A DNA stretch of 64,000 nucleotides, taken from positions 1 to 64,000 of the forward strand of contig CDROCS010003826.1 of the NCBI GenBank assembly GCA_977020255.1. Direction: 5' to 3'. The notes beneath the pieces are model-generated. The model was not told where the DNA came from, searched no databases, and was given only the letters and a program-made list of their open reading frames with translations. The first letter of the stretch is position 1, and the number at the start of each line of letters is the position of its first letter. This DNA is from Obrimoposthia wandeli. Its lineage: Eukaryota. The position numbers were made by a program, and so were the translations under genes. Below are positions 1 to 9,919 of the stretch, one piece after another.

Positions 1-231
1 TGGTATCTCAGAAGAGGATCCATTCTAAAATAATAAGGAAAACTGGAATAAAAAATATAAGATACAAATATTTTAAAAAAATAAAACTGATTATTAATTG
101 CCAAATGAAAAAAAAAGAAGTAAAGATGAATAAAACCGATTACAATTTATTACATGCAAAATGAAAGAAAAAAGTTAAAACATAGGAATATGAGCACGAT
201 CAATTTTCCACGTAGGCAACTTTGTTCCCAT

Positions 232-657
232 TTAATCTTTCTTGTAACCATAAAGTCGAATTGTTACAGTCCATTGCTTCTTTTTCGAAAACGCATCAAT
301 ATCAACATATCTTCCATAGTCATCTAGAAATGCTTCATCGGGTCCTCGGATATAAAATTCGTTTTTATTGAAAGTAAAATTCGGAACTGCCTTTTCAATA
401 TTCTGTTTAAGATATTGAAAATCAGGTTTTTGAATACCTGATAGATAGTAGCTGAACTTTCTTCTTTCAATTGTCACAGGATTTACTAAAGCAATCAGTT
501 GAGCCTTCTTCAAGAATATGACTTTGTATTTGAAATATTGTTTCACTTCTTCATACATATTCGTATCCGATTCTTCAAACATTTCTAAATCTTCGTCACC
601 GCTTAATAGCCATTGGCTATCGTCCATCATTGATAATTGTCTGTGATATGAATGCAT
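232..657 (-). CDS. Maverick-encoded protein of unknown function; paralogous to ORF 59173-59451
   Basis: 141-aa ORF inside the element. Aligns by eye with 59173-59451 (LK-Q-I--NPV, P-AF-DD-G, W-V-I--GY). Confidence 0.6.
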   Translation of the reverse strand: MHSYHRQLSMMDDSQWLLSGDEDLEMFEESDTNMYEEVKQYFKYKVIFLKKAQLIALVNPVTIERRKFSYYLSGIQKPDFQYLKQNIEKAVPNFTFNKNEFYIRGPDEAFLDDYGRYVDIDAFSKKKQWTVTIRLYGYKKD

Positions 658-906
658 TTATTGTGATTTGTCCTCCAATGGCGCATTCTTTTATACTAAT
701 TTGTAACAAAGACATGAATCTCATTGGTTAATATAACTAAAGCATTGAATTTGATTGGAATAAATCCATATTAAAAATCAAAATTTATTGGAAGAAATAT
801 ATTATCCAATTATAATAGTTTTGCAAGATAATTACAAGAAATGTGCAATAAAAAAGCAGGTTCAAACTTATATAAAGAAGATTTTACAGAATACAATTTT
901 AGTCTA

Positions 907-1400
907 ATGAAACTCGTAAATATAAATTATAAAGGTAGAATAGAAGATGATGTTTCGTACTTACCATTCAATGAATGGAAGATTTATATAAATATGAGGA
1001 AAGGTTTGACACCTCACAGTTGCTATTTTTCCTACAAATTGTCTTTTTATTTTATATTTATATTGAATTCTTTTAGGAAGTTGTCGTGTTATTGGATGCA
1101 AAATACTTTTGCTTGAGATCGATTTACCATTTAAAATTCGAATCACTGCAATACAGTCAATCACAATTTCGGCTAATCTTGGGAAACAAATAAATCTTTT
1201 TAAAATTGCAAAGAAAATGAAAGAAGAATGCATGTTTGAACTAGAAATTTTTCCTGCTCTCAGTTATTTAAAGTTTAAACTGCTATGTGTAAATATATTT
1301 TCCAGTGGTAAAGTTATGGGATATTGGGATTGAAAAATTTTGATTATCCAGACATTGTTGATTTGATTTTAGAAAATATATCTTATTACATCTTGTTATC
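907..1400 (+). pseudogene. TATA-box-binding-protein (TBP)-like gene inside the Maverick, frameshifted
   Basis: Fragments MKLVNINYKG / TVAIFPT(G)SCRVIGC / IQSITISANLGKQINL / MFELEIFPAL / CVNIFSSGKVM-ILGLK reproduce the two TBP core repeats (TALIFSSGKMVCTGA; YEPELFPGL..LIFVSGKVVLTGAK). Frameshift near 1320. Intron-like spacer at 1038-1076. Confidence 0.75.
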
Positions 1401-1440
1401 TTTCTATAAACAAACCTGCTTAAACTCTATTATTGTTTCA

Positions 1441-1747
1441 ATGAATAATACTATAAATAGAGACAATAGCGGATCGTCTTGTCGACAAAATATTTCTGAA
1501 AATTAGAGGTAAAGAAATTTTATCAGAATTAAAAAGTAATGATATAACAAGAGATAACATTGAAATATTGGTTTGGTCATTATCGTTATTCGAGAATTTA
1601 GAAATCGGAACACAAATAAATAAAATTATAGCTAAATATTCATGAATTAATTTTTGTATTCTACAAATAGCTCTAAACATTTTTACATTTCAATAAGGAA
1701 ACTTCTATGATAATATAAACAATATTAAAAATGAAAGAGTATATGTA
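1441..1747 (+). pseudogene. Decayed ~100-codon Maverick ORF of unknown function
   Basis: Mostly open frame IRGKEILSELKSNDITRDNIEILVWSLSLFENLEIG between the TBP-like gene and the ATPase stub. Contains a stop and frameshifts. Confidence 0.35.
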
Positions 1748-1798
1748 ATGGAGCTAAATAATAATGCTGTATTTCAAATAGTTGGTCACAGTGGAAGT
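1748..1798 (+). pseudogene. 5' stub of Maverick packaging ATPase, truncated within Walker A
   Basis: MELNNNAVFQIVGHSGS then an abrupt switch to another gene. No other ATPase seen in the element. Confidence 0.5.
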
Positions 1799-2000
1799 TT
1801 TGTATAATATAGTTTTGGGTCGAGTAAAAGTTGGAAAACGGAAATATATATTAAAGAAATATAGAAAAACTCTTCTAGATATTACTAATGTAAAAAGTAA
1901 AAAAAGAAACGAAATATTATTCTTAAACAGAATGATGGTTTCATAGGGGCTGTTATTCCAAATGTTACTTCAATTATCAGTAGTATTATAGCTGCGACAC
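1799..2000 (+). pseudogene. 3' half of the small basic Maverick protein with QxGGF-type amphipathic tail
   Basis: RVKVGKRKYILKKYRKTLLDITNVKSKKK..ILKQNDGFIGAVIPNVTSIISS; typical position upstream of the integrase. Confidence 0.6.
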
Positions 2001-2094
2001 GTACATAAACAATTATTTCAAATATCAGCTAAATATATGGGTGCTAACCCTTCTTTACCCAAATTTAAATTTTCTATATATTCAAATTGTTGTA

Positions 2095-3128
2095 ATGGAG
2101 AAGATATGGTTCAATCCAAAAGATCCAATTGGCTACACAGGAGTTTCCAAAAATTAGCAAAAAAGAACAAAACAGAATTACAAGAAAAACACAGAATTGA
2201 CTGAGCGATCAGTTAGCCTTGCCAGTCTGAATAAGCCGATGAGAAGAAGGTTTCCACTCAGAGCTACAAAATAGCGGTCCTCATAATTTATGGCAAATGA
2301 ATTTGATGGAGATGATCCCATATTCTTCCATTAATAAGGGATATCGATATATTTTAACATGTATTGATGTATTTAGCAAAATTGCTCGTGCAATTCCAGT
2401 TAAAGCAAAGTCTTCAATAGCTATGCTTGAAACCATTAAAGAAATATTAAATGAAGACATTCCACAAAATGTGCAAACTGATTTAGGAAAAAAAAATTAT
2501 AATAAGCAAGTTCAATCATTATTTAAACAAAATAATATAAATCACTACTCAGTGTTTTTGCAGTACAAAGCAGCAGTAGTATATGATTTAATCGTACTTT
2601 AAGAGATCGAATAAAAAAGTATTTCACAAAAGAAGGAAATAAAAAATGGATACAAGTTTTTCCTAAAATAATACATGCATATAATCCCTCTGAACATAGA
2701 AGTCTCAAAGGAATGAGAATTGTTGATGTTACTGATAAAATCTCTATGGATATTTGGATAGACAGGAATAAAAAAGAAAATATTAAAAAAGCTAAATATA
2801 AAAAAAACGATTGAGTATCTGAATTTCTAAAATTAGCTCTTACTCCATTTATTAAAGTTTTGATCAGAATTGAAGGATAAAATATTTTGTGTTTATAAAA
2901 TTGTTCAAACGATTAATCAAATAATGTATACTATTAAAGATGCTGGCAATAATCTCGTTCACGGAAAATTTTACGAGCAAGAACTAAAGTAATATCAAAC
3001 AAACCTAGCCTTTTCCGTATTCAAAATATATTAAAATCTAAGGGTACCGGTAAACATAAACAATACTTTGGTAAATGACATGGTTATTCATATCCAACTT
3101 GGATATCAGCATGTAATATAATATGTAG
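2095..3128 (+). pseudogene. Maverick retroviral-like integrase with C-terminal chromodomain
   Basis: WQM(D)LMEM..YILTCIDVFSK, VQTDLGK, (E)RFNRTLR, KFYEQEL, KWHGY motifs; several frameshifts and stops. Confidence 0.93.
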
Positions 3129-3135
3129 TTTGTAT

Positions 3136-4173
3136 ATGGTTTTACCAAGTAACGGATGCCCGAAGACTCAACCAGATAATGACGCTAGTAGCTTTATTAT
3201 CGATTGGGAAAATCCTATAAATCTCCAAGGAGAAGCGGCTTTAACATAATTTTCTTTTTATTATTCTCCAATTACTAACAGAAAAAACTCGCATATTTCG
3301 TTTACAATAGAATTTAATCATGAAAAAACTACTGAAGTAGTGATAGGGTTTGATAGTAAAGGAAATTTCTATTACAATTGTATAGATAAAAAAGTGAAAG
3401 TAATATATAAAAATAACAAAGTCAGATTTAAAAATCGATTAAAATATATTCAACTTATTCAATTAACATTTGAATCTTTAATAGAACCTCTTCAATTCGG
3501 TTTTGGTAGTGAACATGTAGTCGGTATGAAGAGAGATTCATATGTTTTCCATTCAAACTGTTTTAAAATTTTCCTGGTAGTGTAGCAAGAGTGTTGTTAC
3601 TAAACGAGACCAAAGAATGTGTGGAACTGAAAAAAGTTTTCAAAAGATTATAAATAGATAGTGAAGTGAATTTCTGTAAATTAATACAGAAGGAATGTAG
3701 TGGATATTTGAATAAATGTGTAACATTAAAAAAATGGTAAAATAACGTTTACAGTAAAGAGCAATATAAAACGGGTTTCATTTGATGATAAACTCGATAA
3801 AAACCTTGGTTTAAATAGAAATACCTTTGAAACCCATGCAATAAAAACTATAAAAGTTAAAAATAAGGCAAAACGTTTAAATGCTGTTAATCATTTATAT
3901 GCTTATACTAATTTAATAGAACCAACGCTTGTAGGAGGACAGCGAGTTCCAATTTTGAGAACAAAATGGATATCTAAAAATGAAACTACAGATGGGGACG
4001 CTGTCGGTATGTGTATAGATCAACCAATGTATCTTTCCAGTTTTCTTTCTATAAACAATATTGAAGTAAATATTAGAGATGATTCCGGACAACTAATAGA
4101 TTTCACGTACGGGGCCAAGATAAGTTTAACAATACATTTAAGAAAACAAAATGGCGAATCCAGCAATAATTGA
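3136..4173 (+). pseudogene. Maverick minor capsid (penton) protein
   Basis: N-terminus MVLPSNGCPKTQPDNDASSFIIDWENPINL; C-terminus YTNLIEPTLVGGQRVPILR..NIEVNIRDDSGQLIDF..LTIHLRK; disrupted. Confidence 0.85.
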
Positions 4174-7100
4174 AGCTTATAGTCAAAGCCAGCAAGTTAT
4201 AGAATTACCATATTTTGTTGGTAAACAATATGGATCTGGCTGGCTTAGACAGGGCCGTCTTAATATTACGAAGCGCCCAGGGCTACACGCAAATTTTTAA
4301 AAAAAAAAAGGTTGCATATTTATCCGCTCCAGAAAATAATAAGAATTATACCGGAAACATATATCAAAAAAGACTCTTAAACCGAAAAAATATATATGAT
4401 TTAAAATTTTAAATAAAAAGGTTTAAAGTTTTATTTTATTTGTTAAAAACCCAAGTCAACACTTTATTATTTGGGTTTAGAATAGCTATCTATTAAAAAA
4501 TTCTTTCTTCTAAAAGTACTTTTATTTCTAGAGTAAATTTTAAACTACAGGTTTAAAAAAAATGAACTTGGGTTGTTTTTTACTGCTTTGTATCACGGAT
4601 ATCTCTTATCTGAAATGTGAAATATTTATTAAGAAATATACACAAACCTAATATAATAAACAAGAAGTTTAAATAAAAAAACATTATATTAATATTATAT
4701 TTAATTAAACAAAAAACAACATAAAACAAATAGAAATTCATTTTAAAAACAAAATATAACAGAAAAAAACCAAATACAAACTACATTTACATAACAAAAA
4801 AAATAATATTTTCATCTTAAATGTGCTTCTTTCTACATTTCTTTTCTATAGTTTTTAATTATATTTTCTGTATCCAAACTTCCAAAAAAACATGATTCAA
4901 TCGATAGAATACTTAAATTATTTAATTTCTGCTCTCCTATTACTGAACGTAGATAGTTTTTATTCCCTATTCAACGTAGAAAAAAGATCGTTCGCCCTTA
5001 CAATTTGTAACAGCTACACTGATAAAATTCGAGAGCAGTTGTAACATTTGGAAATGTTGGATTCAATACCTGCATCTATAATTGTTTTTAAACATAATTC
5101 AGATTTTGAAATTGTTTCGTCATATTTAAGGTTGATGTGTCTAAAATGTAAAATATTCTCAATAAAATTATCGTCTAAATCTCTTTGAGTATGTGTTAGA
5201 GTACAAAATTGCAGATTGCGATCTAATTGTTTGCTCGTCTACTTTAAATTAGTTAATATTCCAAATTTAGAAAAATATATCGTCATAAGCACATTTTCTT
5301 CTTCCAATTTCAACAAGGAGTTTGTCTATTACATAATACGTTTGTGTACGAATTCAGTATTTTGATCAAATTCTTCGCCATCACCTTCACCAAATTGTCT
5401 TTTCTAGCATTTAATCTCTTTATGTTTATACTCGATAAGATTCCACATAATCCGGCACTTCTTTAATTTTATAATTTTCGAACTCTTCAATGTTGCGTTT
5501 GATTTCATACAGTTCTAGTGCGTTATATAATCCAACAATAGTTTCAATATCAATATTAACTTTTGAAGTGACTTATTAGTTTTGTTGATAGTTTCCAAAA
5601 TATCATTCCAAAAAACAAGCATTAAGGTGGATTCGAGTAGTGCCAATTGGATTTAATATTCCTTTGGCTTCAAATTGCGGTAGTATACTTTTGCGTAGAA
5701 TCTTCTGGAAATATTTTTAACGCATTTTAAAGCACTCGTATCCTATATATATTGCATTAACAGCGTCAGCTCTAAGCCGACCAACGGGTGTCACTGCACT
5801 CTTTTGGAACTTTACATTTTGTTGGTAAATGACTTTTGGAGTAATTGCCATCTATATGCTGAAGCTGAGAAAAATTGTATAATTCCCTGTATCAATAGAA
5901 AAACCTTTGTGGCTTCAATACAACATTCTGCAGCAGATTCTCCTATTAAATTTAGTGAATGAGCTGCACAAGGCACGTAAATAGTTTATTGTTTTTTTTC
6001 TTTTTACACGAGCTTGAAGATTCCGTATATACACCTGACATATTGCTAGCAGTATCATAGACTGCCTCTACAATCATCTAGATTTAATATCAAAATCTTT
6101 CAAAAATATTTATAACAGAATCTTCAATTTCTGAACTTTTGTGGCCTACATTTACAAATAAACGTTAAAACCTTTCTATTTATGATTCCATTGACATTTA
6201 TCTGACTACAATCGAAAGCTGATCGGAATGTGAAATATCAGAGTTGAATCAATTATTACGATCAATACTTAGCCTCTTTTAATTCGGCAATAATAGAACT
6301 TCACGTGATTTCCTAAAAATTTCAATAAATTCGTCGCATATATTTTTTGACAAATATGAAACACTTCCCCGTCCTTTATTGGCAAAATCTAGTAAATGTT
6401 GTTGCAGTAATGGATCAAATTGCCAATAATTCAATGCAACTCTAAATAATTTCCATTATTTCTTTCTCCAATTGTCTCGTTGTCCCTAATGAAAAGCTGT
6501 GACCTCTTGAGCTTAAAAATTTTATGACTTCAACTATTCGAAGCAAAATATTTCTCCAATACCTTATTTCATTTAAAGTCGTATTTTCAAAACTTTTTTA
6601 AAATATTGATGATTGTTTAACCTTGTTAATATGTGTGTGCTAATATTTGATTTATGTGCAGATGAGTTTTCATGATCTGTTATATACTCATTATGTTTCC
6701 AGTCATTAAAACCCGTAGTAAAGAATTACAGATATTACCAAATAATGAGCAAGAAATGCAATAAACTTTTCCTGTTGATTTAGAATATATGTTTAATTTC
6801 TGTTTCTGCCTTTTTACTGTTGGCTAGAATTCGGTAGAATATGGAAATGGTTGCACATCTATTTTGGCCTTTATACGTTACTTTAGAGGCATTAAAAGTT
6901 CAATTTAATAATATCAACATCTGAGATATTAATTATTTCGTTATTTTTTCAGTTAATTCTTCCCATTTAGCTGGATCTTCATAATTCACAAAAATCTATA
7001 GTATCACTTTCACTTCACTACGTTTAGTTCGAGTCGGTAAAACGTCAGGGAGCAAATCTTGTTGCATATCCTCTTGTAGTATTTCTGGATTTTCATGTTC

Positions 7101-8086
7101 GTATTATGATTGTTGACTTCCTGTTGATTTTGAGCTGGATCAGATGAAGTGCTTCCACTTGTTTTTTGTTTGAAAAGCTTGTCAACGGTTGAATTTTTTC
7201 TAACAATGCATTTTCTTTAGCTCTTTTCGTTTAACTTGCGTCTGGCATGACCAGACAATTTTGATTTCCTCATCCATACTTAGTCGTATAAAAAACAAAT
7301 TTAGTAAATATTACTTAGTGCCGTAAAAAGATTTTAAAAATAAGACAAATCATTAACAATCAATACAATTCAAAACTAACCTTTTTATTGTTATTTATTA
7401 TTGTAAAAATTTTTAATCAACAAGTTATAAGTAGAATAATTATGTGCATTAATTTATTCAAACGCAATTTTTAAAAATTAATAAAATAAAATCAATAAGA
7501 GCTGGTGATTTTTTCTAAATACACAAACGTCATAAACAAACACGATAATTTAAAAGCAATTGTCTTCATTTTCCAGCCTTTACTCATTTTTCTTTTGAAT
7601 AAATTTGAAAAGAAAAATAAAGTGTTTTGCAACAGAATTATTTTTTTCTATGATGTCTCATATGTTTTTCAAAATATTTTAATTTTAGTTTTTAATTTTA
7701 TATAAAGGAGCTTTGCTTTTTTGCGTTTGAAATGGCGCCCCTTACATGCTGGCGCCCCAGGGCTTCAGCCCTTTTAGCCCGATGGTTAAGACGGCCCTGG
7801 GCTTAGAACATTAGGTAGATTTGCCTTTCCTCTTTTAAAGAGACTCGGGCGGTTTATATCAAAATTAGGAAAGCATTACCTTTCATCTAAGGACAATAAA
7901 CTAATACCAACTTTTAAGAAGCATGCGCTTGATGAACCTGATAATGTTTTACCTGAAGTTGCAAATTTGATTAGAAAACGAAAATCAAATAAAAGCCAAG
8001 GAGGTAGTGGATTTAAACGTAGAAAGAAACAAAAAATCTATATAAACAAACGTAAGAAAGTTGAAGGAACAATATTTGCAAAATGA
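4151..8086 (+). pseudogene. Maverick basic core-like protein (QxGxG motif), split by a hAT insertion
   Basis: 4151-4249 joined to 7808-8086 gives an open 125-aa ORF (..KQYGSGWLR/TLGRFAFPLLKRLG..QGGSGFKRRKK..). Its stop overlaps the major capsid ATG (ATGA at 8083-8086). Confidence 0.75.
4250..7799 (-). mobile_element. hAT DNA transposon (ZMYM1-like transposase), 3550 bp, decayed
   Basis: 14-bp TIR CAGGGCCGTCTTAA at both ends. 8-bp TSD GGCTTAGA at 4242-4249 and 7800-7807. Broken minus-strand transposase at ~7275-4810 with TTF zinc finger and TNCKGERSFSTL dimerisation motif. Confidence 0.95.
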
Positions 8087-9319
8087 GTTGCGCCAAAACC
8101 GAATTGTGTATTTTTGATAAACCACTTTCACAATTAGTTGTAAATAATGCTTCCTTTGAAGAAATATTTCTAGTTAACTCCAGTTTGCGGTTCAATTTTT
8201 AACTGATTTAGAATTCAATATTAATGGTTCCAATAGCGAGTATTTAGATTTGAATGATACTTTGCTTTATGTTCAATTAAAGTATTAAATGGGGATGGTA
8301 CTAATTTAGATTAAAATGCAGATGTAACACCTGTAAATTATCTCTTTAATTCTTTATTTAGTGATGCCATTGTTACTCTTAATAATGTCAAAATTGAAGG
8401 TGGAAATTCTTCATATGCTCATAAAGCTTTGATTGAAAGTCTTTTGAATTATAGTACTGATACTCAAAATACTAATTTGGCAACCATTGGTTATGTGATA
8501 AACGGTCGCAACTCGCAAAGAATGGATTGTAGGTTCTAAAGCTTTACGAAATGTGTGGGTCTTTGAGATTGAATTTCTTTGAACAAATCGAAATATTTAA
8601 TTCCCGGTGTTAATGTACATCTTCGTTTGTGAAACGTAATAAATGGAATTCTTTTTCTTTGATAAGCAGACGTTCTAAAACCTAGACTCTGATATTTTGG
8701 ATGCAAAATTGTATGTCGAAGAGTTAAAACCGAGCAATCAGTTTTAATGGCACATAATATAGGAATGGAAAAAAACAATGCTTGTTATCCTATTAGAGAA
8801 ACTAAACTTATATCCTACTCTTTAGGTACGGGTACACAAACCTTTAATAAGGATCAAAAGTTTGGTGATGTAAGATTACCAAAATTTGTTTTAATTTATT
8901 TTCAAAAAACTGCAAAGTATCTAAGAAATTATACAACAGATGCAACTCAATTTGACAATCTTAATGTAGGTTCAGTGACACTTTCAAGAAATACTGATTA
9001 TCACGAAACATATAAAACAGATTTCGAAGGTAATGCTTATGCTTTGGCTTATACGCAATATATTATTCGGAATTTTGTCTAACCAGATAAAAATATAAAC
9101 AATGGTATTTCTTTCACTGAGTTTAAAAGCAGCAGCCCCTTCTTCACATTTGTTTTGGCACCAGACTTTGATATAAACCAATGCCAACTACCAAATGATG
9201 GAAATTTACGACTAGAAATTAAGTTCAATGCAGCTTTAACACATCCAACTACGGTGCTTATTTACGGAGTATTTGATTCCGAAATACAAATCAATAAAAA
9301 CAGAACTGTCATATTATAG
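8083..9319 (+). pseudogene. Maverick major capsid protein (double jelly-roll)
   Basis: MSCAKTELCIFDKP start; NYLFNSLFSD, YLIPGVNVHLRL, LPKFVL, C-terminal GNLRLEIKFNAAL..YGVFDSEIQINKNRTV; multiple lesions. Confidence 0.92.
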
Positions 9320-9320
9320 A

Positions 9321-9689
9321 ATGAAGTAAGACATTTTTTAAATTTATATTTATTAATTTTTATTTAGTTCAGCACAAGTTCAAGAATCAGCAGAGAAAGT
9401 CTTGGGTGATAAATTCAATGGAGGTTATCTTATTGATATGATTCCATTTTTTCAATCTGGAGGTTACATTATCAATACTCATACTTCGAATTTACCAGGA
9501 GAACATTGGATAGCTATTTATGTTAGAGAGTGGACAATACATGTATTTGTTCCACTTGCAATGTATTATCCTCACAAACATGTCTCGACTATTCAAAAAG
9601 GAAGAAGAAGAGTATTTTACCTGCGACGAGATACTGTGGACAGTTATGTATTTTATGGTTATCGTTACAAAACGATTAGTGTGTTATAA
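9321..9689 (+). pseudogene. Adenovirus-type cysteine maturation protease with a 42-nt intron (9326-9367)
   Basis: Spliced ATGAA/TTCA gives MNSAQVQESAEKVLGDKF..YIINTHTSNLPGEHWIAIY. The catalytic YCGQLC segment is in a shifted frame. Confidence 0.85.
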
Positions 9690-9919
9690 AAAATAAATAT
9701 TTTTAATGTTTTATTTTGAATTATTTTTTCAAATCCATAAAAAATATAAGGGTAAAATAATAAAAGACATAAGACGAATTTTTTTAATACATTTATTAAA
9801 AACAACATCACAATGAGATCTTTCAGCAAAGATAAGGTCCATCCTAAAAAATGTATTGAAATAACAAAAAGTTAGAGTCAAGGTGCCATAGGGATATAAA
9901 ATTTTAAAAAACTAATTTT

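Noticed and set aside
1438-1680. 80-aa minus-strand ORF
   Set aside because: Antisense to the decayed plus-strand Maverick ORF; no motif.
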